Below are positions 8,523 through 18,491 of a stretch of DNA of 64,000 bases, in pieces. Positions within the stretch are counted from its first letter, which is position 1, and each line of letters begins with the position of its first letter. The stretch is from Nitrosopumilus sp. Lineage in GTDB: Archaea > Thermoproteota > Nitrososphaeria > Nitrososphaerales > Nitrosopumilaceae. The stretch is from the NCBI GenBank assembly GCA_965214775.1, contig OZ243974.1, positions 1,696,001 to 1,760,000 of the forward strand, given 5' to 3'. The notes beneath the pieces are model-generated. The model did no database searches. It saw only the letters and a program-made list of their open reading frames with translations, and had not been told where the DNA came from. A program made the position numbers and the translations under genes.

Positions 8523-11500
8523 AATGCATCGTGATTAACCAGCGTCAGAATCTTATCAATCAGGGCAAATATGTCCTCATCTGCCATGCTAGATGCCTCA
8601 AGTGTGTCGTATATCGCTCCTTGCATCTTTCTTTGAATGCTTGGCTTGTTGTGGTACTCTACCATTGTAGTGAAGGGTTGTAGTTTAGAGTACAGTGATT
8701 TTGCAAGTTTTCTCGACTGCTCTTTTTGGTGCACTAGTTTGTCAAGGTGATTATAAATGGCAAATTCTAGGTTGTTTTCGAATCCGAGATCCTTTAACAC
8801 CTTTTGGTGTGATAATGCCTCCTCGTAGACTTGCTTGTATTCGTTTTCGGCAAAGTAATCTGCGTTGTCCTTGCGTCTTTGTTTTTCTTCAGATATTATC
8901 CTCAAAAGACGCTGCTGCAGGCTTTCAAAGTATTCGGGGTTAATGTGCATATTTTCATGTATTACCTGTTGTGCCTTGTTTTTAATCAGGGCGGTTCTTG
9001 CCCTAGATGATTCAAACCTTGAAACATATGCCAAAAAGTTCTCAAAGGTAATCTCCTTGGGCTTTACAATCTCAGGTACCCCAGACGATCTGATTGCGTC
9101 ATCTATTAGCTTCTGAATCTTTGAGGCGTATTTAACGGTAGAAGTTATTTCACCGTAGGCGTTTCGTAATACCTGTCTGATTTTTACAAGATCCTTGAAA
9201 TCATCAATGTATGGCTTAGCCTCTTTTTTGTAGATTTGTGTGTTAAAAACCTTGGAGAACTTTTTAAAGTCCTCTATAAAGGCGTCTCTTTTATCTGCTG
9301 GCTCAAATGCTACAACGATTGCACCGTAATCCTTTTTGTCCATACCCTTAAGATGATTCATCACATCATGATGATGCGACTGGAGCGACTCCAACTGATG
9401 AGCATCAGGCTCTAGGGCCCCCCTGATCTGGCAAGGATTAAATGACTGTAGCGCATTTTGGAGGTTTTTTGTTACGCCATAGTAGTCTACAATCAGTCCT
9501 CTGATTTTTGATTCGTCGTAGGGCCTGTTTACCCTTGCAATGGCCTGCAGTAACGCATGATCCTTGAGTGGTTTGTCAAGATACATTACGCTTACAATCG
9601 GTGCGTCAAAGCCCACCAGCAGCATGTCTACTACGATTAATATCTTGGTTGGATCTTTTGGATCTTTGAAGGCATTCTCGGCCAGCCTTTGTTCCTTGTC
9701 TGTAAGGTAGTACTTGTCCCAGCTTGTACCATCCTTGCCTGTCTCACCTTGTTTTTGATCCATTATTATTTTTGACTGCGGTGCGTGCAATCTATCCAGC
9801 TCTTTTTTGTATAGTACAGCTGCCTCCCTTGATGAGGCAACAAGCATTGCCTTGTATCCGGATTCCAAATAGTTTTCCTTAAAGTGGTCGATGATATTGC
9901 TAGCAATTTCTTTTATTCGTGCAGGAGACGTGGCAATTGCGATTTTGTTCGCATACTCTCGCTTTAGCTTATCCTTTAGCTCTGGCGTCATGCCCTGTTC
10001 GGATCCGACGAATCTTTCAAATAGCTCATCAATGTTATTGGCACCTTCGATAAACAGGTCAGGTAGCATTCCTACATAATCTATTGGGAGGGTGGCCCCA
10101 TCTGACTTTGACTCCTCAAAACCATACTGGTCGATTAAATCCCCAAAAACCTGAAACGTTGACTTGTCTTCCCTGTCAATCGGTGTTCCGGTAAAACCAA
10201 AGAATATACCATTGGGCATTGCAGCACTCATGGAGTTTGCATCTATGCCGTACTGTGAACGGTGTGCCTCATCTACAAGAACTATGATCTTTTCATCCGT
10301 CTTGCTTTTTACATCCTCGAACTTTTGTATCGTAGTCACCATGGTCTTGCCCCTTGGTGATGCGATAAATTCGTCAAGATCGGAAGAGATTTGCGCCTTT
10401 ACCGGTAACGGATATCCGGACTGGAGAAAGGTGCTGTAAATTTGCTGGGTTAGCTGTAATCTATCCGTTACTATCAGTATGGGTAGATTACCGTGCTGAA
10501 TTGCCTGTTTTGCCACCCACAGCATTGTAAATGACTTGCCAGATCCCTGGGTATGCCAGACGACACCACCGTGTCTGTCCTGTGCGGTTTGTATTTTTTT
10601 GGCACACTCTTGCACTGCCCTATACTGCTGATGTTTTGCTGTAATTTTTATTTTTTTACTGCCTGTGTCTTGGTATATTGTATAGTTTTTTAGCAAGTCC
10701 AACAGGTTGGACTTGTCAAGCATTCCCGCAATCAGTATCTCCTGCTCCCTACATGCTCCGAATTTCTCCTCTACCTGTTCCCTAGTCAAAGGATGTGCAC
10801 TAGACCACCTACTGTTTTGAAAACTGTTTACATCAGAAGTTATCGTGCCGTGTCTTGCCTTTATTCCGCATGTTGCAATAAGTATGTGGTTATAGTACAT
10901 TAGCCTGTCAAAGCCCTTACCCGATGATCGGTATTTTTTGAAATTCTCTTTTTCTACCGCATCTTCTAGCCATCTTGGTTTGGTAGGGGACTTGCACTCG
11001 ATTATCACTAGAGGAATGCCGTTGACAAAGACTACGATATCAGGATAAATACGCTGCTTGAAACCCCACAGTTCAAACTGGTTTGTAACCAAAAAATCAT
11101 TGTTCTGCATGTTTTCAAAATCAAACAGTCTTATGGTTTTTCGCACTGTGCCGGTTGCATCGTACTGTTCCACTGTTATGGGCTCAAGGCCCCCAGACTG
11201 TGACAGGCCAACAAGCTTTGCCCTGATCTTTTCATTTGCATCTACAGTATCCCGCGCAAACGGAAACTGATCCTCCTTTATCTGACTCAATGCATCAGAT
11301 ATGCCATCCTGATCAATGTGTGGGTTGAGTCGTCGTATTGCCTTTTCTAGCCTATCATACAGTAGCACCTCGTCTAGCTTGGATCTCTCCTTGTTGATAT
11401 CTAGCTTGGATTTGTATTGGTATCCCATTGTAGTCAGCTGCTCTAGTGCTGGCAGCTCAGAGTGCTCTATTTCATCACCTGAGCCTACCACAAAATCCAT
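8519..11500 (-). CDS. hsdR: Type I restriction enzyme R subunit
   Basis: PDIVVFVNGIPLVIIECK nuclease motif; HTQGSGKS, DEAHRSQ, FTGTP, VDMLLVGFD and QAIARVNR helicase motifs. Confidence 0.97.
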   Translation of the reverse strand: MDFVVGSGDEIEHSELPALEQLTTMGYQYKSKLDINKERSKLDEVLLYDRLEKAIRRLNPHIDQDGISDALSQIKEDQFPFARDTVDANEKIRAKLVGLSQSGGLEPITVEQYDATGTVRKTIRLFDFENMQNNDFLVTNQFELWGFKQRIYPDIVVFVNGIPLVIIECKSPTKPRWLEDAVEKENFKKYRSSGKGFDRLMYYNHILIATCGIKARHGTITSDVNSFQNSRWSSAHPLTREQVEEKFGACREQEILIAGMLDKSNLLDLLKNYTIYQDTGSKKIKITAKHQQYRAVQECAKKIQTAQDRHGGVVWHTQGSGKSFTMLWVAKQAIQHGNLPILIVTDRLQLTQQIYSTFLQSGYPLPVKAQISSDLDEFIASPRGKTMVTTIQKFEDVKSKTDEKIIVLVDEAHRSQYGIDANSMSAAMPNGIFFGFTGTPIDREDKSTFQVFGDLIDQYGFEESKSDGATLPIDYVGMLPDLFIEGANNIDELFERFVGSEQGMTPELKDKLKREYANKIAIATSPARIKEIASNIIDHFKENYLESGYKAMLVASSREAAVLYKKELDRLHAPQSKIIMDQKQGETGKDGTSWDKYYLTDKEQRLAENAFKDPKDPTKILIVVDMLLVGFDAPIVSVMYLDKPLKDHALLQAIARVNRPYDESKIRGLIVDYYGVTKNLQNALQSFNPCQIRGALEPDAHQLESLQSHHHDVMNHLKGMDKKDYGAIVVAFEPADKRDAFIEDFKKFSKVFNTQIYKKEAKPYIDDFKDLVKIRQVLRNAYGEITSTVKYASKIQKLIDDAIRSSGVPEIVKPKEITFENFLAYVSRFESSRARTALIKNKAQQVIHENMHINPEYFESLQQRLLRIISEEKQRRKDNADYFAENEYKQVYEEALSHQKVLKDLGFENNLEFAIYNHLDKLVHQKEQSRKLAKSLYSKLQPFTTMVEYHNKPSIQRKMQGAIYDTLEASSMADEDIFALIDKILTLVNHDAL

Positions 11501-11549
11501 GGGTTTACTTGTCGTACATCCTTGTAAGTTTTAGGATGGTATTAAGATC

Positions 11550-12602
11550 TGTCTTATACAGAAATTAGGTCCGCCTAAGATAAGGCGTACGATCGCTGAC
11601 TATTTCAGGCTGTACCGATCAAGCAAAGACATGACAAGAAAGATGTCGGACAAGAAGATCAGGTATGTCATCAGGGGCCGCAATGCCGGAAAGAGCGCCA
11701 CGTCGCTGGCCCGTGACATGAAGGTGACGCCACGGCACGTGAGGAGGATTTACGCTAGGTACCGCCAGACAGGAAAGATGCACGTGCAGCAAAAGGCGGG
11801 AAGAAAGGCCGCACCGCAGCCCGCGGCAGGCCAGGTGCAGGCAGTCTTGGACATGCACTCTGTAGAGCACGTAGGCGTGATGCGCACTGCCATGCGCCTG
11901 CAGGATGCAGGTCACGTTATAAGCTACAACAGCGTATATCGGATAATGAAGGAGCAGGGACTCGTTACTCCATCAGATGCCAAGTCGGGCCAAAAAAAGT
12001 GGCTGCGTTATGAGCGCAAGTACTCCAACGCAATGTGGCACGTGGACTGGCACGATATGAAGGATCCACGCCTGAGAGGGCTCAATCTAGTCACGTTTTT
12101 GGACGATTCATCCCGGTGTGTCACGCCGGCACGGACGTTTGCCGAGGCCACATCAGAAAACGTGGTGATAACACTCAGGGATGCCATAGACAGATTTGGC
12201 ACGCCGGCTACCATACTGTCTGACAACGGCAGGTGTTTCAACGGCGGCCGCAGCAAGAAGAACATGCCACGCGGAACATGGACGCCGACTACCTTTGAGG
12301 CCGAGCTGCTGAACCGGGGTATCGGACTGATAAACTCAAGACCGTATCATCCAGAGACCAACGGCAAGCTGGAATGATTCCACGGCAGCATAGAGGCCGA
12401 AATCCGTCACTATGAGAGCCTGGCAGCATACATCAAGTACTATAACGAACGCAGGCTGCACTTTGGGCTGGACATAGCCCACCGCCAGACGCCCATCATG
12501 GCGTTCTCGGACAAAACGGCCACAGAAGCGATCAGGAAATCCGACCCAAAATGGATGGAGAGGGACATCAATGAATAGCGGACATTATTTCCATATAACA
12601 CA
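11550..12602 (+). mobile_element. IS481-family element with inactivated transposase
   Basis: TGT...ACA ends with ~25-bp imperfect TIR; duplicated flank TGGTATTAAGAT. Confidence 0.9.
11631..12578 (+). pseudogene. IS481 transposase with premature TGA at 12375-12377
   Basis: WHVDW, LDDSSR, SDNG, HPETNGKLE*; the frame continues FHGSIEAEI to 12578. Confidence 0.9.
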
Positions 12603-12654
12603 CTGGTATTAAGATTCAATAACAGGAGTTTGATATACTGATTAGATACACATA

Positions 12655-13212
12655 ATGACATATTTTGTAAAACCCAAGATTTGTAATGTAGTGTGTACTG
12701 CCAGTCTTGAGCAAAGGATCAATATGGCTAGGCTTGCTGGACTTGCGTGCGGAATTTATGATGAGGCGATATACGGCGGAAGATGCGGATATGTTAAGAT
12801 GCCTGAGATGGACGGACGTGTGACCATATTTCCAAGTGGAAAGATGATCTCAGTTGGAGGCAGAACCATAAGCAAGGCCATCGAGCAGCTCAACCACGCA
12901 AAATTCTATCTGGTACAGGAAAAAATGATACACGATGTAAAGATTGTTCCCGTGATCCGAAACATCGTAGCCACGGTTGAGCTTGATCATAAAATACCCG
13001 TTGACGTATTGGCCTCAAAGATATCTGGAGCCATATATGATCCCGAAACGTTTCCAGGCATGATTTTAAAAGGGATCGACAGCTGTCGTTTTCTTGTATT
13101 TGCCTCTGGAAAGATTGTGATTGCAGGTGCCAAATCCTCAGACGAGCTAAACAGTGCATCCTTTGAGGTTCTTCAGAGGCTAGATGATACGGCCGCAAGG
13201 ATACTAACATGA
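12655..13212 (+). CDS. tbp: Divergent TATA-box-binding protein paralogue
   Basis: Two TBP repeats: NVVCTASL...IFPSGKMISVG and NIVATVEL...YDPETFPGMI...LVFASGKIVIAGAKS. Confidence 0.92.
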   Translation: MTYFVKPKICNVVCTASLEQRINMARLAGLACGIYDEAIYGGRCGYVKMPEMDGRVTIFPSGKMISVGGRTISKAIEQLNHAKFYLVQEKMIHDVKIVPVIRNIVATVELDHKIPVDVLASKISGAIYDPETFPGMILKGIDSCRFLVFASGKIVIAGAKSSDELNSASFEVLQRLDDTAARILT

Positions 13213-14423
13213 CTCCAAAACCAAAAAAAGGCTACAAATTGGCAAAGTCGCTTTTTGGGAGATATGAGGAGATTCCAGAAGAATGGGAAATTGTTTCTAT
13301 GGAACAAATCTGTAAAAAATTTACTAGTGGAGGTACTCCCTCAACAAATGTTTTAGAATATTGGGATGGAGACATTCCATGGACAAGAAGCTCCATTTTA
13401 ACGAATCATTATTTGGAATATGGCGAACGATGTATTACAAAAAAAGGACTAGATGAAAGCTCTTCTGTTCTAATCCCGCAAGACAATTTACTTGTATCAT
13501 CCAGAGTATCGCTTGGAAACTTGTCGATAAATCGTATTGCTGTTGCAATTAGTCAGGACATAACGGCAATTATTGTAGATAAATCACACATCTCTTCTGA
13601 GTTTCTTTACTGGTTCTTAAAACAGAATATTATGCTCTTGACATCATACTCTCAAGGAACAACTATTCAGGGTTTCACACGAAAAGAATTATCAAAATTT
13701 CGAGTCGTTCTTCCTCCACTCCCAGAACAGGCAAAGATTGCGTCAATCCTTTCAGGAGTTGACGCACTGATTGAAAAGACGCAGGAGGCAATCGAGAAGA
13801 CCGAGCAGGTAAAGAGAGGATTGACGCAAAGATTACTGACTAATGGAATAGCAGGTACAAAACTCAAGAAAACATTTTTGGGCAAAATTGCTAAATTCTC
13901 AAGTGGTGAGTTTTTACCTACAAAAAACTATAATTTTGGCAAAATTCCCGTGTATGGAGGAAATGGTGTTGTTGGTTATCATGATAAGGAATTAATCAAA
14001 CACGATACGATAATTTTTGGTAGAGTTGGTGCATATTGTGGTTCAGTACATATTTCAAGAGATAAGTCATGGATTACTGATAACGCTATATTTATCAAGA
14101 ATCTTTCAAATCAAGTCCAGCTAGAATATCTTTATAGATTTTTATCACGATTAAACATAGGCATTTTAGCTGAAGTATCTGCACAACCAAAGATTACACA
14201 AGATATTCTCAACCATGTTAAAGTCCAATTTCCTGAAGATTTAGATGAACAAAAACAAATTGCATCAATCCTGTCGGGAGTTGACGCACCAGACCGTGCA
14301 TGCCTCATAATCGCCACAATCTTACGCATGAGACTGGGAATACTCTTAATACTGTTTGCAGCGGTGTTAAACCATGAGTTCCACAATACAGAAAAGGACC
14401 TACACAATCGTCATAACTTCTGA
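13209..14423 (+). CDS. hsdS: Type I R-M specificity subunit, second (inverted) copy lacking the conserved C-terminal helix
   Basis: IPEEW, SGGTPST, PPLPEQAKIASIL and a second TRD; homology stops after IASILSGVDA at 14288. Confidence 0.9.
   Translation: MTPKPKKGYKLAKSLFGRYEEIPEEWEIVSMEQICKKFTSGGTPSTNVLEYWDGDIPWTRSSILTNHYLEYGERCITKKGLDESSSVLIPQDNLLVSSRVSLGNLSINRIAVAISQDITAIIVDKSHISSEFLYWFLKQNIMLLTSYSQGTTIQGFTRKELSKFRVVLPPLPEQAKIASILSGVDALIEKTQEAIEKTEQVKRGLTQRLLTNGIAGTKLKKTFLGKIAKFSSGEFLPTKNYNFGKIPVYGGNGVVGYHDKELIKHDTIIFGRVGAYCGSVHISRDKSWITDNAIFIKNLSNQVQLEYLYRFLSRLNIGILAEVSAQPKITQDILNHVKVQFPEDLDEQKQIASILSGVDAPDRACLIIATILRMRLGILLILFAAVLNHEFHNTEKDLHNRHNF
13724..13805. repeat. hsdS inverted repeat 1, left (partner 19188-19269)
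   Basis: 43 bp perfect match (13724-13766 vs 19227-19269), ~82 bp with 6 mismatches. Confidence 0.92.
14258..14288. repeat. hsdS inverted repeat 2, left (partner 18591-18621)
   Basis: AATTGCATCAATCCTGTCGGGAGTTGAYGCA, 30/31 identical. Confidence 0.9.
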
Positions 14424-14595
14424 TGAAATAGATGGGGGTTTTGTCGGGGTCTGCGATGAGCTGAACGCCTTTTCGCAAGGTGAGACGTACGGAGAGGTAA
14501 TGGAGAATATGAAGGAGGCAGTAGAGCTTGCGGCAGAAGAAAGCGGCAACACTGATGATTTTAACATGCTGATCGTTCAGAAGCGTAATGACTAA
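14374..14595 (+). CDS. hicB: HicB-family antitoxin
   Basis: YTIVI...GGFV...FSQGETYGEVMENMKEAVEL. Confidence 0.9.
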   Translation: MSSTIQKRTYTIVITSDEIDGGFVGVCDELNAFSQGETYGEVMENMKEAVELAAEESGNTDDFNMLIVQKRND

Positions 14596-14902
14596 GATTC
14601 CGAGAATTTCCGGCAATGCAATGATAAGATACCTGATCAGGAAAGAATTCACAACAACAAGCAGAAAAGGCAGTCACGTTACATTAAGACGTGATCATGT
14701 CCCGGTAACGGTTCCTGCTGGAAACGGCAAGCTAAAGGTTGGGTTGCTTTTAGGCGTGCTAGACAAGGCGGGAATTGACAGGAAGGAGTTTGTAGACGAT
14801 CACATCGTACGAGGTCACCTACCCCTGCCAATCAGGCACGAGTTGGCATCTATGACTATGATTTTCACGCCTATACTGACGATCATTGAAAATTTCGCCT
14901 GA
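14588..14902 (+). CDS. hicA: HicA-family toxin, C-terminus altered by insertion
   Basis: RKGSHV...VTVP...LKVGLL..VLDKAGI; the native end SGIAK* lies at 16003-16020 beyond the insertion. Confidence 0.85.
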   Translation: MTKIPRISGNAMIRYLIRKEFTTTSRKGSHVTLRRDHVPVTVPAGNGKLKVGLLLGVLDKAGIDRKEFVDDHIVRGHLPLPIRHELASMTMIFTPILTIIENFA

Positions 14903-15994
14903 TTACACGCGGCGCTCAAGATATTTGTAGATGTCAACCTTGATGGAACACGTCCTAAAGTATTCCGAGACATCCCTTTTGAGGTGATCTGCCGAATCGT
15001 AAAAGGCAGATGTGACCAGTATGTACTTGGCATCCTTCCAGATTGGCTCTATGGCGCTCAGCTCCGGCCTGGCTACCGGCAGGTACAGCAGGATAACGTC
15101 GGGATTTTTCTCCAGGTACATGCGGACCCTTCCGGTCCTATGCTGTGCTGCGTTGTCCATCACAATCAGAACCTTTCCCCACTTTTTGCGCGCCTGCTTG
15201 AGATAACGCACAAAGTTTATGCTGTTGAACTTGTCGTATGTACGCATCAGCCTGGTTCCGTCGTCTGCAACCGTTCCGTATACCACGACGCGCTCCCTTC
15301 TGCCGGATCGTTGCACCTCGATTCTGTCCCCCACTGGCGACCAGAACTTTTTGCCGTCCCTTCCCGTACTGACGAATATCGACTCGTCCTGTACGGTTAT
15401 CCTGAATCCGCGCCTTTTTGCAAGCCTAATCGTGTCTTTTGCCTCCCTTTGCCATCGTCTTACCTCCTTTGCGTCGGCAGCATCTGCCAGCTTGGTAGTT
15501 GACGTCTTTAGCGAGAATCCCATCGTGCGCAGGATTCTTCTGATGCTTCCAACGCTGTATGTTACATGCAGTTTGCGGCGCACCCAGTTGCGCATCTTCT
15601 TTGGGGTGAGCTTTTCCATCCTGCGCAGCCTCATGGCGATCTTTTTTATCCTGTTGATTGGAACCTTTGGCTTTTTGCCCCTGTTGGGGGAGTCACGGAG
15701 ACCGTCAACGCCGTCAAGCTCAAACCTCTCAACCCACATCTGTACGGTACGCTGTGTCACGTCGGCAATCTCTGCGGTCTGTGCAGTGGTGTTGCCAAGC
15801 AGTACGGAGCGCACCGCCAGGATTCTGGTATAAACCCTGTTATCCTTTTCTACATGCATGGCGTCCGTGAGGATTTTCGTCTTGTTCATGTCAGAAGGGC
15901 CATGGCGGAGATCTATAAACCTTCACAAGACGTGTAATCAGGCGAAATTTTCAATGATCGTCAGTATAGCCAGCAGGGGGACGTGACCACATAC
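14807..15994. mobile_element. MITE family C split by IS630
   Basis: 67 + 26 = 93 bp halves; 8-bp TSD ATCACATC. Confidence 0.88.
14874..15966 (-). mobile_element. IS630-family element (transposase 14903-15889)
   Basis: ~32-bp TIR TACTGACGATCATTGAAAA(T)TTTCGCCTGATTA, TA target; QDES, MDNA and PELSAIE DDE motifs. Confidence 0.93.
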
Positions 15995-16124
15995 ATCACA
16001 TCAGTGGAATTGCCAAATAATTGAATGTAAAGCTGTCCCAGGCATCACGGTCAAAATATAGAGAATAAAATAGCTATTTTATGAAACAGCTACACAAAAA
16101 CATGAATTTGAATATACAATCACG

Positions 16125-17039
16125 ATGTCAAACCAAAGAAGCATGACGCTGTTTGAGGAATCAATCAGATCAAAATATACAAAAAGGAACTACCATTCTC
16201 ACCTCAACCACTTCATGAAATTTATGAAAGCAGGCTCTACTGATGATGTGTTGATGCTATCACCCTCCGAGCTACAACGCGGAGTAGAGGATTACCTGAT
16301 GGCGTTAAAATCCACATCCAATCCAAACTCAGTCCCGTCTATGTTTCGAGGAATAAGGCATTTTTGCATCATGAATGAGATCGGCCTCAACTGGAACAAA
16401 ATATACAAGATGTTTCCCCCAAAACAGAAAACCCAAAGCATGAGATCCTACACCGCAAGTGAAATCCGCCGGATGCTGTCTGTTGAAAAAAATGCGAGAA
16501 ACAAGGCACTGATTCACTTTCTTGCATCAACGGGTGCAAGAATAGGGGTTTTTGATCATCCCATGCTGATCAAACACATGCAAACGATGCCCTGCCGCTG
16601 CAGCGCGGTGCTGCTTTATGCCGGGGATGTGGAGGAATACTGGTCATTTCTTACGCCACAGGCAACGAAAATACTAAAGGCGTACCACGATTACCGCAGG
16701 CAAAAAGGTGAGGTTTTCGGTGATGACGCCCCGATGTTTGGAACTGACAAGGCAGTCCAAGGGCAGTTGGGATGGAGTGGTGCCAGATCCGTAATCTACA
16801 GGGCAATCTCAAAGAGCGGCATAGCCAGACTCAAGCAGGGAGGACGCTATGATGTTCAGGCAGATCACGGTTTTAGAAAGCGGTTCAATACCATACTAAA
16901 GCTGGACAATTCGATAAACTACAACATTGCAGAAAAACTGATGGGTCACAAAAATGGCCTTGATGGAACATATCTTACGCCAACACTGGAGGAGATGTTC
17001 TCAGAATTTAGGAAAGTCATGCGCAAGATACAGGTTTGA
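16125..17039 (+). CDS. Tyrosine recombinase (candidate hsdS invertase)
   Basis: STGARIG, HGFRKRF, LMGH and Y catalytic motifs; lies between the inverted hsdS genes. Confidence 0.9.
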   Translation: MSNQRSMTLFEESIRSKYTKRNYHSHLNHFMKFMKAGSTDDVLMLSPSELQRGVEDYLMALKSTSNPNSVPSMFRGIRHFCIMNEIGLNWNKIYKMFPPKQKTQSMRSYTASEIRRMLSVEKNARNKALIHFLASTGARIGVFDHPMLIKHMQTMPCRCSAVLLYAGDVEEYWSFLTPQATKILKAYHDYRRQKGEVFGDDAPMFGTDKAVQGQLGWSGARSVIYRAISKSGIARLKQGGRYDVQADHGFRKRFNTILKLDNSINYNIAEKLMGHKNGLDGTYLTPTLEEMFSEFRKVMRKIQV

Positions 17040-17178
17040 GTTGCAGGAGGAAGCTTGGATCCTAACCTGATGCGGGTTGTGGGTCACATAGATAACATGT
17101 TTACGATTATCCGTGGGACATAGAAAACCATGTGTGCATCACACACTTGAGATTTTGTTGACATCCTTAAACTTGATC

Positions 17179-18177
17179 TCAATAACGTTTTCTGTTTATT
17201 TTAAACTCGTATGTTTTCTTAATTAGCGGTAAAGCATTTTGTATGTCTTTATCAGTTTTGATATCCGACTGGAAATTTCCTACACCGTGATGCCCTTTGT
17301 CAGAAACATCTATGATGAACTTTGAGAGAGGTAAAATATTCTTGTCTGAAACAGAGTATGTCAGGGCAATTTTCGACTGCATTGCCTCCATTGTACAAAT
17401 GCAGGAACCGTGTTCTCGTGAATAGAAACCTGCATAGATCTTTTTCTGTGTGAATTCTAATTCCGGAATCATGTCTAGGATTCTATTCTTCAACTCATTC
17501 CATAATTTTTTTGTCATATCCGAAGGACGTGCATTATGATATTTGCCTGCAAGATAGTCGTCCTCGACATATGTCGTCAGGGCCAACATCTTGTTCCTCT
17601 TTTTATGATTTTCAGAGATTGTTTCTTTTTGGCCGCCTGCAAAAGCCATGGTAATTATGTCGTTTTCATATCTGTTGATCCGGTATAGTACAATTGGCAG
17701 TCCTTCAAAACCACCTGCCTTTTTCTGAAACTTTGTAAATTCCGGAGAAATGAATACCACCCGAGTTTCATCCCAATTGAAATAGTCTAAATCATAATGC
17801 CTTTTCGTTATCTTGTTGTATAACAAGACAAAACTTTCTTTTTTGTCTTTTAATAACTGATAATAGCTGAATCCCTGATCTGTTAGACTGTTGGCCTTTG
17901 CAATGTTTTTGTATTCAATAATTACAAACGATTTTTTTTCTACATCAAAAGCAATAGTATCGGGTCTTAGATCTCCTATTTGGTGTTCGGTTTTAAGCAA
18001 TTCAACATTTGGGAAAATGATTGAAAGGTTATTTTCTATCATTTTCTGAAGTGTTTTTTCATAATCAAAAGATCTCTTGGAGTTTGACCTCTCTCTGATC
18101 TCCTTTAATTTTCTGTTTTCTAATTGGAAAATGCGCAAACCTATGCTGTACATTAGCTGAGATGCTAATAAATGCAT
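17179..18177 (-). CDS. PD-(D/E)xK (NucS/DUF91-like) nuclease fused to a DUF5655-like domain
   Basis: EKTLQ...RPDTIAFD...VIIEYK...DQGFSY; C-terminal DVSDKGHHGVG. Confidence 0.8.
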   Translation of the reverse strand: MHLLASQLMYSIGLRIFQLENRKLKEIRERSNSKRSFDYEKTLQKMIENNLSIIFPNVELLKTEHQIGDLRPDTIAFDVEKKSFVIIEYKNIAKANSLTDQGFSYYQLLKDKKESFVLLYNKITKRHYDLDYFNWDETRVVFISPEFTKFQKKAGGFEGLPIVLYRINRYENDIITMAFAGGQKETISENHKKRNKMLALTTYVEDDYLAGKYHNARPSDMTKKLWNELKNRILDMIPELEFTQKKIYAGFYSREHGSCICTMEAMQSKIALTYSVSDKNILPLSKFIIDVSDKGHHGVGNFQSDIKTDKDIQNALPLIKKTYEFKINRKRY

Positions 18178-18208
18178 AATGTCGCAGCGTCCTCCCAGTA
18201 CCGCTTCA

Positions 18209-18351
18209 CAGAGATCTGATTTGAAATTAGCAAACTCGGATTATTTGTGGACGAGTTTGTATAAAGTAGCTCAAAACATCAACAAAACGCAAGATATCTG
18301 TGAAATTACTTGAAAAATTCGCACGGTTTCTAATTTCGGATCACCTCTCAG
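18209..18351. mobile_element. MITE family B copy
   Basis: Reverse-orientation homologue of 24004-24146. Confidence 0.8.
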
Positions 18352-18491
18352 CGGACTGGTGGAAGGTTTTGTTCTAGAAGCATCCACGGACTGGTTCTGC
18401 TTTGTACTGCAAGCCGTTTAGTGTGCATCTTTAGGACTATTGTCACTATACTAAGTATATGCTGTATGACCAGATACGACAAGTGATGGTC

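Noticed and set aside
14289-14423. Hydrophobic tail of hsdS as a membrane anchor
   Set aside because: Read-through past IR2 into non-homologous DNA overlapping hicB.
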